NCBI GenBank assembly: GCA_031411295.1
Contig: JANOAV010000196.1
Span: forward strand, 1-60,609
DNA: 60,609 bases
Direction: 5' to 3'
Source of the DNA: Verrucomicrobiales bacterium
GTDB lineage: Bacteria; Verrucomicrobiota; Verrucomicrobiia; Verrucomicrobiales; V1-33
Shown here: positions 1-8,931 of the stretch, piece by piece
Numbering within the stretch: position 1 is the first letter of the stretch
How the letters are laid out: each line of letters opens with the position of its first letter
The notes under the pieces: generated by a model
Told to the model about the DNA's origin: nothing
The model's database searches: none
Seen by the model: only the letters and a program-made list of their open reading frames with translations
Program-made: the position numbers and the translations under genes

Positions 1-138
1 TTGCGGGCCGCCCCTGGTGGGCAAAATAGTGGCTCCAGTAACGCCCATTCCTTGTCACTCACATCTGTCGGGTAGCTTTTTCTCATTCCTTACCCTACCC
101 CATTATGGCCCTTTTTCAAAATTACCGGACAGGTTCTT
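1..138 (-). mobile_element. Left end of an IS5-family insertion sequence, running off the window edge. Transposase N-terminus starts at ATG 86..84.
   Basis: Minus-strand translation from 86 gives MRKSYPTDVSDKEWALLEPLFCPPGAAR, the typical IS5-family (DUF4096) start. It is preceded by a purine-rich RBS-like stretch (GGGTAAGGA). Candidate terminal repeat AGAACCTGTCCGGTAAT is preceded by TA at about 121-139. Not in the ORF track. Confidence 0.8.
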
Positions 139-250
139 AGGCTGGCATCGACTCCAGCGCAAGGCCGAGTCTGGGGCGTTACCACCTTACCACCACCAAA
201 CTCCAGAACTGCTTTCTAAAAGCCGCTTTCAGGTTTACGCTGTCCGCCTT

Positions 251-949
251 ATGAAACCCATCGTTCAAATTTCTCTCGATTTAACCAACATTGATGAAGC
301 CCTCGAAACCGCCGCGCTGGCGCTGCGAGCCGGGGTGGATTGGCTGGAGGCAGGCACTCCATTGATTCTGGCAGAAGGATTGCACGGGGTGAGAGCCTTG
401 CGTGCGGCGTTTCCGGGCATTCCGATCGTGGCCGATCTGAAGACGATGGATGGCGGTTATTTGGAAGCGGAAATGATGGCCAAGGCGGGAGCCACGCATG
501 TGGTCGTGATGGCGCGCGCGCACGCGGAAACCATTAAATGTGTGGTCAAGGCAGGGGCGGATTTCGGCTGCAAGGTAATGGGGGATAACATGATCTGTCC
601 GGACATGGTGGCAGGCGCCAAGTTCCTCGAAGACCTGGGCTGCGATTATGTCATCCACCACATCGGCTATGATGAGCGACGCGGCATTGCGGCGGCGGGC
701 CATCGCATGCCCAGCCCGCTGGATCAACTGCGCGAAGTGGTGCAGGCGGTGCGGGTTCCGGTCCAGGCGGTGGGCGGCCTGAGCCTGGAGCAAGCGATCC
801 AGTGCCCGCAATATGGGGCGCCCCTCGTGGTTCTGGGCGCTCCGTTGACGATCGATGCGGATGCGTTCAGAACCGCCGACGGAAATTTAGAAGCCTCCCT
901 GAAGTTGATTTGCGATGCGGTGCACGCTCAGGAGGTGGCTAAATTTTAG
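251..949 (+). CDS. 3-hexulose-6-phosphate synthase / OMP-decarboxylase-like (HPS/KGPDC) family protein
   Basis: QISLD, WLEAGTPLI, IVADLKTMDGG, HIGYD and AVGGL motifs. Start moved to the ATG at 251 (MKPIVQ). Confidence 0.85.
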   Translation: MKPIVQISLDLTNIDEALETAALALRAGVDWLEAGTPLILAEGLHGVRALRAAFPGIPIVADLKTMDGGYLEAEMMAKAGATHVVVMARAHAETIKCVVKAGADFGCKVMGDNMICPDMVAGAKFLEDLGCDYVIHHIGYDERRGIAAAGHRMPSPLDQLREVVQAVRVPVQAVGGLSLEQAIQCPQYGAPLVVLGAPLTIDADAFRTADGNLEASLKLICDAVHAQEVAKF

Positions 950-982
950 CCCGCCACCGGGACCCTCCGTCCTGTCGGCTGG

Positions 983-1543
983 TTAGACGGGCTCCAACTG
1001 CAATTCATAATTCCCGTCAGCATGGCGAGCGAGCCGACGACGAACCAAGTGCACAATCTCATTTTCCAAGGCGCTGCAATGGGTGTTCCAATGCTTGGTG
1101 GCGCGCAGTTGCTTGATGGCGGCCTTGGTGCCGGTTAGGGAAAGTTTCTTCGCCCCCACGGTTTGCAACTGGCAGACGCGATGGTCGAGCAATTTAAAGA
1201 ACACCAACTCAATGCCCTCCGACTGCCGGGCCAGATCGTGCAGGTTCACGCGAATCATCGGAGGATCCACCGTGATCTCGGCGGCTACATCTTGGAAACC
1301 GATCTTCTCCAAGGTGCGGCAAATTTTGGCTTCCAGTTGTTCAATTGTAATGGCGGTGGCAGGAAAGCGGGTTTCCAGATAAGCGACCACGCCGCGGGCG
1401 ATGTCCTCTGCGATCCACCAGTCCGCATGGCCTGCGCGGGCGGCGGCGGAGCGGATGCAGGTGGCGATCCAGGATCCTTCGTAGGTGGTTAATTCAAAGG
1501 GGCCGACTCGAAGGAGCGGAAGTTGTGAGGGTAGTGCGATCAT
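983..1543 (-). CDS. Hypothetical protein with a degenerate ATP-cone-like N-terminal half, downstream of nrdR
   Basis: Pattern WIATCIRSAAARAG..IAEDIARGVVAYL..ITIEQLEAKICRTLEKIGFQDVA resembles ATP-cone helices. Same strand as nrdR, 59 nt downstream. Confidence 0.6.
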   Translation of the reverse strand: MIALPSQLPLLRVGPFELTTYEGSWIATCIRSAAARAGHADWWIAEDIARGVVAYLETRFPATAITIEQLEAKICRTLEKIGFQDVAAEITVDPPMIRVNLHDLARQSEGIELVFFKLLDHRVCQLQTVGAKKLSLTGTKAAIKQLRATKHWNTHCSALENEIVHLVRRRLARHADGNYELQLEPV

Positions 1544-1602
1544 GGGTGGGCTGGTCGAGCATTGGGTTGGTGAGGTTTACTTTGGGACGGGGAAAATTTT
1601 AC

Positions 1603-2091
1603 TTAGGAGAAGAACTCCGGCTGCAGGGCGGTGCGGGGCACGCGCCGTTCGAGGTGCTGAATTTCCTCCAGGAATTCACCCACATCTTGGAACTGGCGAT
1701 AGACCGAGGCATAGCGCACGTAAGCCACGGGATCCAAGTGCTGGAGATGCTCCATGACTTTGAGGCCGATGAGTTTGGAAGGGATTTCCTTCGTATTCTG
1801 GCTCTGTAAATCCAGCACAATCTGATCCACCGCCTTTTCCAAGGCATCCCGGGGCACGGCTCGTTTCTCACAAGCTTTAAACAGACCGCGCAACAATTTA
1901 TCCCGCTCCAGTGGCTCCCGGGCGCCATTGCGCTTGATCACTAAAATGTCCGCTTCTTCCACCACCTCGTAAGTCGTGAAGCGCAATCCGCACGCCAAGC
2001 ACTCCCGCCGCCGCCGAATCGACGCGCCCTCCCGAGCGATTCGGGAGTCGATCACTTTGTCTTCGATACTATGGCATTTAGGGCAACGCAT
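1603..2091 (-). CDS. nrdR: Transcriptional repressor NrdR
   Basis: MRCPKC..DKVIDSR..IRRRREC..CG.RFTTYE zinc ribbon, ATP cone, VAYVRYASVYRQF. Confidence 0.98.
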   Translation of the reverse strand: MRCPKCHSIEDKVIDSRIAREGASIRRRRECLACGLRFTTYEVVEEADILVIKRNGAREPLERDKLLRGLFKACEKRAVPRDALEKAVDQIVLDLQSQNTKEIPSKLIGLKVMEHLQHLDPVAYVRYASVYRQFQDVGEFLEEIQHLERRVPRTALQPEFFS

Positions 2092-2119
2092 TTTTGATTC
2101 GCAATTTTTAGGAAACTAG

Positions 2120-2167
2120 GCGCAACATCTTGTGGCGTCAATCCTCAACCGTCACAAGATGTAGAAA
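2120..2167. promoter_or_regulatory. Tandem NrdR boxes upstream of nrdR
   Basis: Cores CAACATCTTG (2123-2132) and CAAGATGTAG (2155-2164) fit the CwAtATaTwG consensus and lie 32 bp apart. Confidence 0.75.
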
Positions 2168-2191
2168 TAAAATCGCTGCATCGCCCTATTA

Positions 2192-2359
2192 TCAAGGACT
2201 GGAGAAGATTAGGCGATCTTGAACACCAAGGTGAACGTTGTGGTGGAATTCGGGCAATTTAGAAATTTTAGTTTCTCTGGCACCCATCGAGTGAGGAGTC
2301 ACTGATGCCTCGACTAGCAAAAACGCTGGCACGACGGTCTGCGCATCATTCCAGTTTGA
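2192..2359. ncRNA. Candidate structured non-coding RNA, family not recognised
   Basis: The ends pair (TCAAGGACTGGA / TCCAGTTTGA). Internal helix CGTTGTG/CACGACG plus several local hairpins. No credible ORF here. Confidence 0.35.
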
Positions 2360-2372
2360 CCACGGGCAGATT

Positions 2373-2401
2373 TTGACGCATGGGTGCGATTCCGCTACGC
2401 C
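2373..2401 (+). promoter_or_regulatory. Putative sigma70-type promoter of ribH-nusB
   Basis: TTGACG-N17-TACGCC ending 27 nt before the ribH ATG. Confidence 0.4.
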
Positions 2402-2428
2402 ATCCCCCATTCTCACACTCTTTACCTC

Positions 2429-2950
2429 ATGTCATCCAACGCTCCGTTACCCCGTCGTCCCCGCTTGGTGGGACCTCGAAAAACCTTCGCCATCGTGGCC
2501 AGTTCCTATAACGAAGACTATGTTAATGGGTTGCTGGAGCACATGAAAGCGGAGTTGTTGGGCATCATGCCTTCCGCCTCCATTCCACTGTATCATGTGC
2601 CGGGAGCTTGGGAAATTCCGGTCACCACCGAGTATGTGCTGGAATATACCTCGCCCGATATCATCATTGCCGTTGGAGTAATCATTCAGGGGGACACCGC
2701 TCACGCAGACCTCATCGCCACGGCGGTCAGTCAGAAGCTCATGGAGCAATCGACGCGATTTTTGACCCCGGTGATTAATTGTGTCCTGAGTATGCGGGAC
2801 GAGAAACAGGCTCAGGAACGTTGTCTGGGCGAGGAATTGAACCGCGGCACCGAGTGCGCGCGCGCGGCGTTGAGTATGGCGGAACTATTCCAGAAGCTGC
2901 ACACTGCTTATCCCACGCCGCGTAAGGCTAAAGCCACGGAAAATGAGTAA
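2429..2950 (+). CDS. ribH: 6,7-dimethyl-8-ribityllumazine synthase
   Basis: FAIVASSYN, VPGAWEIP, GVIIQGDTAHADLI. Adjacent to nusB. Confidence 0.95.
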   Translation: MSSNAPLPRRPRLVGPRKTFAIVASSYNEDYVNGLLEHMKAELLGIMPSASIPLYHVPGAWEIPVTTEYVLEYTSPDIIIAVGVIIQGDTAHADLIATAVSQKLMEQSTRFLTPVINCVLSMRDEKQAQERCLGEELNRGTECARAALSMAELFQKLHTAYPTPRKAKATENE

Positions 2951-3359
2951 GCGTCGCGAGGGCCGTGAGGCGGCCATCCAACTCCTCTACAGCTATGATG
3001 CCCTGCCCAAGGGAGCCGTTCATGATCTGGCCGCGTTCTGGAATCTGCGGCGGACTGACGAAGACGTGCGCCTTCACGCCATGAGTCTCTTTCAAGGGGT
3101 GCAAGCAAATCTGAAGGACGTGGATGCACGCATCTCCAAGGCCCTGATGAATTTTTCCTTCGAGCGGCTCGCTGCCGTGGATCGCGATATCCTTCGTCTG
3201 GCGGTTTATGAAATGCATTACGAAGCCAAGGTTCCCCCAGTGGTCGCCATGAATGAAGCCATTGAAATCTCCAAACGCTTCGGCGGGGAAGACTCCAGCA
3301 AGTTCGTCAACGGCGTGCTGGATCGATTGATTAAAGAGGTGAAGCGGGATCTGCGTTAA
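2943..3359 (+). CDS. nusB: Transcription antitermination factor NusB
   Basis: RREGREAAIQLLY, DRDILRLAVYE, NEAIEISKRFGG..SSKFVNGVLD. Confidence 0.97.
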   Translation: MSKRREGREAAIQLLYSYDALPKGAVHDLAAFWNLRRTDEDVRLHAMSLFQGVQANLKDVDARISKALMNFSFERLAAVDRDILRLAVYEMHYEAKVPPVVAMNEAIEISKRFGGEDSSKFVNGVLDRLIKEVKRDLR

Positions 3360-3361
3360 AC

Positions 3362-3433
3362 CGCCTTTAGGCGTCTGAAGCCCTGAACTACGCTGCCTTT
3401 AAGTAGTCACGGGCTAAAGCCGGCTTTAGCCCG
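3362..3433. repeat. REP-like palindromic cluster
   Basis: GCCCTGAACTAC / GTAGTCACGGGC imperfect inverted repeat with GTAG ends, and a perfect 24-bp palindrome CGGGCTAAAGCCGGCTTTAGCCCG (3410-3433). Confidence 0.6.
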
Positions 3434-3559
3434 CAAGCCTGTCCCAGCGGATTCGGGCACTTGATTCACGGGGAAGGGCGCGCCTCGTCTTGCTGGAGTC
3501 GCCCATACTTAGGTGCATTTCACATGACAACTCACCGCTTCGGTTCCACGATGCAGACT

Positions 3560-5674
3560 ATGAGTAATGTGACTGAAAATGCGCCCCAATCTTGGCGCGA
3601 ACGTTTTTTTGCGAGCCCCGTAACCCGCGGGGCTGGCTTGGTGGGAGGCTTTGCGCTCGTCGTCTTCGTGATCACGCGGGTGGTGCTGCTGCTGACCTTG
3701 GCGCGCCATGCCGTGGCGTGGGATGTCTCCCTGGCCAAGGCCATTACGGTAGGTCTGGGGTATGATTTTCTGGCGGCCTTTTATGTCAGTATGGTGTGGG
3801 TGGTGTTAAGTTCATTGGTGGCCAGTGGCCCGCTGGGAAAGTGGCGATTGTTGCTGCTGGTTGGCTTGGTGACGCTGGTGGCGCAGGGACTGGCCGGCCA
3901 GGGCGTGATTGCCATCAGCATCGTCAGTGCCATTCTGGCCCTGCCCGTGCTTTGCACGTTTGGACAGCGCTCGGGACGGATTTTTACCACCGTTGTGGTC
4001 GGGCTGTTTGTCGTCGCGTTGCTCTTTGGTGCGGTCGCAGAGTGGTTCTTCTGGGAGGAGTTTGGGGTGCGCTTCAACTTCGTGGCCGTGGACTACTTGG
4101 TTTACACGCAGGAAGTCTTCGCCAATATCAATGAAAGCTATCCGATGCCGCTGATTGTGAGCGCCCTGCTGGGCACGTCCGCCCTCATCGTTTGGTGGTT
4201 CCAACGGCGGGGATGGCTGGAGCGCATCTCTGCAGCGCCTTTCAACTGGCAACGACGGTTGGCTCCGCTGACCGCGCTACTGGCGGTGTTCGTGGCCACC
4301 ATTTGGGCGTGGAGCCAGTCCCAATTACCAAAATTTGACAACAACTACAACGCTGAGTTAGCCAAAAACGGCCTCTATTCCTTTGGGGCGGCGTTCTGGG
4401 AGAATGAAATCCCGTTTTCCCTCTATCCCAACCATCCGATTGAGGCCGCGCTGGCGAGTGCTCAGAAACATCTCACGACCGCCCAGAGCCCGCCTGCCAG
4501 CAATATCCCGGGAGACATGCGTCGGCTGATTCAACATCAGGGTGAGGAGCGGAAATGGAACGTATTTCTCGTCTGTGTGGAGAGCCTGAGCGGGGAATAT
4601 GTCGGGGCGTTGGGAAGCAAGCGCGGACTGACTCCCAATCTGGATCGGATGGCGAAGGAAGGCCTGTTTTTCAGTAATCTTTACGCCACCGGCACCCGCA
4701 CCGTGCGCGGCATGGAAGCCATTACCATGAGTGTGCCGCCGACCCCCGGGCAGAGTCTATTGCGTCGCCCCGAATGCACCGACATGTTCAGTCTGGGGTC
4801 CTTGTTTGCCTCCCGCGGTTACGACAATGCCTTTCTCTATGGCGGAAATGGCTTGTTTGATAACATGAATTATTTCTTCCGGAACAACTACTATCGCATC
4901 GTGGATCGGCCGCAGAAAGAGAAGTCGGACGTGACCTTCGAGAACGCCTGGGGGGCCTGTGATGGCGATATGTTCCGCTGGGCGATGGATGAAGCGGATC
5001 GCGATCATGCTGCGGGAAAGCCGTTCCATTTCTTCTGCATGACGACCTCCAATCACCGGCCGTTTACGTTTCCAGAAACGGGGGTGGATCTGAAGGACAG
5101 TGCTGGCAAGGAACTCACGGATGGCCCGAAACGCACCGTGAAATACACCGATTACGCCATCAATGAACTCATCCAAAAAGCACAGACCAAGCCGTGGTTT
5201 GCGAATACGGTGTTCGTGATCATTGCAGACCACTGCGCCTTTAGTGCGGGCAAGGCGGAGTTGGATATCACGAAGTTCCACATTCCTGCGCTGATTTGGA
5301 ATCCTCGGTTAGTGCAGCCGCAACGGTTCACGACTTTGGCCAGCCAGATCGACGTCATGCCTACGCTCTTTGGATTAATGAATTGGAGCTACACCTCCCG
5401 TTTCTTCGGCTTGGATGTGCTGGATCCGGAATATTCCGGAAAAGCACGGGCGTATATTTCCAACTATCAAAAAGTGGGTTATCTGCGCGGAGAAAATTTC
5501 GCGATCCTGAAGCCCAAGAAGGAATTCAGCTTGTATGACGTGAATCGGAAGACGGGCGATCTCACGCCGAATCCGGTCCTAACGCCGTTGCTGGACGAGG
5601 CGATCGACCTATATCAATCGGCGGCCCATTTGTATAAAGCGGGGAGACTCCGTTCCGATGTCAGTCAACCGTGA
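3560..5674 (+). CDS. LTA synthase / sulfatase-fold membrane phosphotransferase
   Basis: Several N-terminal TM helices, VESLS, TGTRTVRGMEA, MTTSNHRP, ADH. Start uncertain (3524, 3551 or 3560). Confidence 0.9.
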   Translation: MSNVTENAPQSWRERFFASPVTRGAGLVGGFALVVFVITRVVLLLTLARHAVAWDVSLAKAITVGLGYDFLAAFYVSMVWVVLSSLVASGPLGKWRLLLLVGLVTLVAQGLAGQGVIAISIVSAILALPVLCTFGQRSGRIFTTVVVGLFVVALLFGAVAEWFFWEEFGVRFNFVAVDYLVYTQEVFANINESYPMPLIVSALLGTSALIVWWFQRRGWLERISAAPFNWQRRLAPLTALLAVFVATIWAWSQSQLPKFDNNYNAELAKNGLYSFGAAFWENEIPFSLYPNHPIEAALASAQKHLTTAQSPPASNIPGDMRRLIQHQGEERKWNVFLVCVESLSGEYVGALGSKRGLTPNLDRMAKEGLFFSNLYATGTRTVRGMEAITMSVPPTPGQSLLRRPECTDMFSLGSLFASRGYDNAFLYGGNGLFDNMNYFFRNNYYRIVDRPQKEKSDVTFENAWGACDGDMFRWAMDEADRDHAAGKPFHFFCMTTSNHRPFTFPETGVDLKDSAGKELTDGPKRTVKYTDYAINELIQKAQTKPWFANTVFVIIADHCAFSAGKAELDITKFHIPALIWNPRLVQPQRFTTLASQIDVMPTLFGLMNWSYTSRFFGLDVLDPEYSGKARAYISNYQKVGYLRGENFAILKPKKEFSLYDVNRKTGDLTPNPVLTPLLDEAIDLYQSAAHLYKAGRLRSDVSQP

Positions 5675-5725
5675 TGCGAGATCAGCTTGCGCGATGGGCA
5701 GATCTCCGCTAGAGCTTGATTTACT

Positions 5726-5989
5726 ATGCCGGAAACGCCTGAATCGATGACCCTGGGAGTGCAGCCGCTGGATGCACTCATGACCACCCATGAACTAAAC
5801 AATCATGCGTTGGTGGCGGCGGATGTGACGAAGGGCGTGACCCATAAAGTCGTGAATAAGGCCCGCAAAGGGCGTCGGCTCACGGCCCGGATGCAGAAGA
5901 AAGTGCTGGCTGCGTTGAACGTGTGTTTGGTGGCCAAGGAGCTTCCCAAGTTGAAGCACGCGGATTTATTCAACTACATCGGACCGTAG
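5726..5989 (+). CDS. Small basic hypothetical protein, possibly HTH-like
   Basis: 87-aa ORF filling the gap in a same-strand run; basic KARKGRRL segment. Confidence 0.65.
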   Translation: MPETPESMTLGVQPLDALMTTHELNNHALVAADVTKGVTHKVVNKARKGRRLTARMQKKVLAALNVCLVAKELPKLKHADLFNYIGP

Positions 5990-5994
5990 CCCCG

Positions 5995-7044
5995 ATGAAC
6001 GCAGCGATCTGGGATGCCATCATCGTGGGTCAGGGGTTGGCCGGGACCACGCTGGCTTGGCACCTCCAGGAAGCAGGCCAGCGGGTGCTCCTGCTGGATG
6101 CAGCGGAGCCCGTGACTTGTTCGAAGATTGCCGCTGGCTTGATCACCCCGATCACGGGTCAGCGCCTGACATTGAGTTGGCGGGGCGATGAGTTTCTTCC
6201 CACCGCGCGGAAATTTTACGCCCGCATCGAAGCACTCACCCACGCTAAATTTTTCCACGATCACACGGCCGTGCGGTTGTTCGCGACGGACGACGAGCGT
6301 CAGCGGTGGGCGAAGCGGGGCTTGGACCCAGCCTTCCAGGCTCATTTGGTCTCCCCGCAGCCCACGCCCTTGGTGGACCCTTCCTGCTTCGACGCGACTG
6401 GTGGGGGCTTTGCGATGCAGACGGCGCAACTGGATGTAGCGAAGTATCTGGAAGTGTCGCGCGCGGTGCTGCCGTTTGCGGTTGTCCCGCTGGATTGGCG
6501 CACCGATATCACCTTGGGAACTGAGGAAATTTTAGTGCACGGTCATCGCACCCGACGACTGATTTCCTGCGAGGGATACGCCGCCACGCGCAATCCCTAT
6601 TTTTCCTGGGTGCCGTTCAAAGCCGCCAAAGGCGAAATTTTGACTGTGAAATTCCCCCAAGCCTTGCCGCAGCAGTGCCTGCATCGCGGCATCTGGATGG
6701 CTCCCACCGAGGCGCCAGACGTTTTCCGCGTGGGCTCCACGTATGATTGGGCGCAGTTGGATCAGCTTCCCAGCGCCCGGGCCCGGGCGGAGATCGAGGA
6801 TAAATTGCAACAATTCTGCCGCATGCCTTACACCGTGATAGGTCAGCAAGCCGCCGTGCGACCCATCATTCAGGAGAGCAAGGCCCTGCTGGGGTTGCAT
6901 CCATTGCATGACAGAATCGGTTTCTGCAACGGGTTGGGCTCCAAGGGCTCGTTGCATGCGCCTTGGTTTGCGGCGTGCTTCAGCAATTTTCTGGTGCACG
7001 GCACGCCGCTGCCGGAAGACCTTGATTTAAGAAAAAATTTCTAA
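5995..7044 (+). CDS. FAD-dependent oxidoreductase (DAO / MnmC oxidase-domain-like)
   Basis: IIVGQGLAG Rossmann motif, SKIAAGL, KGEIL, AAVRP, NGLGSKG. Confidence 0.85.
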   Translation: MNAAIWDAIIVGQGLAGTTLAWHLQEAGQRVLLLDAAEPVTCSKIAAGLITPITGQRLTLSWRGDEFLPTARKFYARIEALTHAKFFHDHTAVRLFATDDERQRWAKRGLDPAFQAHLVSPQPTPLVDPSCFDATGGGFAMQTAQLDVAKYLEVSRAVLPFAVVPLDWRTDITLGTEEILVHGHRTRRLISCEGYAATRNPYFSWVPFKAAKGEILTVKFPQALPQQCLHRGIWMAPTEAPDVFRVGSTYDWAQLDQLPSARARAEIEDKLQQFCRMPYTVIGQQAAVRPIIQESKALLGLHPLHDRIGFCNGLGSKGSLHAPWFAACFSNFLVHGTPLPEDLDLRKNF

Positions 7045-7048
7045 CTCC

Positions 7049-7603
7049 ATGATTCGCGCCACCGAACTCGCCCAGCAACTGCTCCTGCCCTGCCTCAAGC
7101 CCGGGGCTTGGGCAGTGGATGCCACGGCTGGCAACGGTCACGATACCTGGTTCCTCGCGCAACAGGTGGGCCCCAGCGGTCGCGTCTTTGCCTTTGACGT
7201 GCAACCCGCCGCCGTCCTCGCCACGCAGCAGAAAGTGACGGCCTGCCCGCAAGTCACGGTCCTCCAAGCCGGACACGAACTGCTGAAGCAACATTTGCCA
7301 ACCGAAGCGAAAGGACGCCTGGCCGCAGTCATGTTCAACCTCGGCTACCTGCCGGGAGCGGATAAAGCGATGATCACGCGAACGGAGACCACTCTCGCGG
7401 CCTTGGTCCAAGCGCTCGATTACCTCCAGCCTGGCGGTAGGCTGACGATGGTCGTCTATCCGGGACATAGCGGTGGCACAGAGGAAGCGGCCGCCGTGCG
7501 CGCTTACCTCGAAGGCCTTTCGGCATCTTTCGCGGTCTCCGAATTCCGCCGACTCCACACCCGACATCCCGCTCCTGAGCTATTGATCGTGGAGCTTCAG
7601 TGA
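7049..7603 (+). CDS. SAM-dependent methyltransferase, YtqB/MnmM-like
   Basis: VDATAGNGHDT, FDVQ, MFNLGYLPG.DK, YPGH.GG.EE. Confidence 0.85.
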   Translation: MIRATELAQQLLLPCLKPGAWAVDATAGNGHDTWFLAQQVGPSGRVFAFDVQPAAVLATQQKVTACPQVTVLQAGHELLKQHLPTEAKGRLAAVMFNLGYLPGADKAMITRTETTLAALVQALDYLQPGGRLTMVVYPGHSGGTEEAAAVRAYLEGLSASFAVSEFRRLHTRHPAPELLIVELQ

Positions 7604-7767
7604 GAGCCGCCAATACGCGCGTGCGGATGAAACTGGGGTTATTTTCCAACGTTTGCAAATTTTTTACGTTCTAATGATTGAACACGTCGCTAATGGGCGT
7701 AATCTGAAAAACCTGTAACCCGACGGGTGAAAGTCAGAATAACTCGGGAACCTTGGAAATAATGCTT

Positions 7768-8676
7768 ATGAAAATCTCGTTTCTCACGCCCCGTTTTTGG
7801 CTGCTAGCCCTTGGCTTGGCCCTACCTGTCGGTGCTGTCCACGCAGAGATGCGTGAATTCAAGAGTGCCCAAGGCTCCATTATCAAAGCGCAACTCAAAA
7901 AGGCCAAGGGTCAGATGATTTACCTTACGACCGAAGCCGGCAAGGAAATCCAAGTTTCCCTGACTGGATTTGCGAAGGAAGACCAGAACTACATCTTGAA
8001 ATGGATGGATGAAGATCCGCTGGCGGTTGACTATAATTTTGTCTGTAAAGCCGAAGCAAAGCAGCTTCCGGCCAGCAAATCCGCCGCCAATAGCTACTAT
8101 GAGCGCGTCTCGACGATGCAGCAAATCTACAACGTTTCGGTGCAGAATAGTTGCCGAAATACACTCAACGATCTCTCCATCGACTGGTGCGCATTCATGC
8201 TGAACCGGGTCACGTTGAGTTCTTCTGGGAGTTATTCTTTTTCCTTTTCCGACACGAACCCGGTTGGTGAACTGCGAGTCAAACATGGATCTGAATCCCT
8301 CCCCAGTCTGGCTGCGAGTCACACCCACAATTTTGCTACACCCGCCTTCAGCCTGGATAGTGTGATCGACAAATACTACACCGGAGCCAAGAAGAAGGAT
8401 GTGCTTCAAGGCGTATGGTTGCGCTTCTACCGGGGAGACACTTTGGTTGGCGAGTGGAAATCACCAGAGTGTCCAAAGGCTGAGTGGCCCGGCGGCTCCC
8501 ACAAGAGCAAGGCAAGTTCAAAAGATGTAGCGAAGAATGATGGGGACGTCTCCAAAAAGAATATTACTTCGAAAACGCCCACTCCCAGTAGTTCCAAGGA
8601 TGGTGCTCCTGCCGCTACCAAGGACGATGATGTCGGTGACATCGTGAAGATTTTCCAACTGGAGGACAAGAAATAA
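7768..8676 (+). CDS. Secreted hypothetical protein with an N-terminal SHD1-like domain
   Basis: Signal peptide ending AVHA, then REFKSAQGSIIKA...FAKEDQNYI; low-complexity Lys/Ser-rich tail. Confidence 0.7.
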   Translation: MKISFLTPRFWLLALGLALPVGAVHAEMREFKSAQGSIIKAQLKKAKGQMIYLTTEAGKEIQVSLTGFAKEDQNYILKWMDEDPLAVDYNFVCKAEAKQLPASKSAANSYYERVSTMQQIYNVSVQNSCRNTLNDLSIDWCAFMLNRVTLSSSGSYSFSFSDTNPVGELRVKHGSESLPSLAASHTHNFATPAFSLDSVIDKYYTGAKKKDVLQGVWLRFYRGDTLVGEWKSPECPKAEWPGGSHKSKASSKDVAKNDGDVSKKNITSKTPTPSSSKDGAPAATKDDDVGDIVKIFQLEDKK

Positions 8677-8679
8677 TTC

Positions 8680-8931
8680 ATGGATCCCGTCACCCCGTTA
8701 CTTTACGTCAAGACTGGTTGTCCTTGGTGCGAGGAAGTTTTGGCGTATTTCGAAGCGCAGAGTATGCCTTATCAGAAAATTGTCGTAAGTGGCAATCCTG
8801 CCGCCATGGCTGAAATGGTGCGCCTCTCCGGCCAATCCAAGGCTCCCACGATGGACTGGGACGGTGCCATCTTGGCTGACTTCGGAGTGGACGAATTGAT
8901 TCCCTTCCTCAAGAAAATGGGTGTGGGTTAG
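8680..8931 (+). CDS. Glutaredoxin family protein
   Basis: CPWC active site, SGQSKAPTM. Confidence 0.9.
   Translation: MDPVTPLLYVKTGCPWCEEVLAYFEAQSMPYQKIVVSGNPAAMAEMVRLSGQSKAPTMDWDGAILADFGVDELIPFLKKMGVG

Noticed and set aside
17..250. N-terminal extension of the HPS-like ORF
   Set aside because: It overlaps the IS end on the other strand. Family similarity starts at ATG 251.
2192..2428. FMN or glycine riboswitch upstream of ribH
   Set aside because: FMN core motifs are absent. GGAGA and CACCAAGGTGAA recall a glycine aptamer, but CCGAAG and CTCAGG are not properly present.
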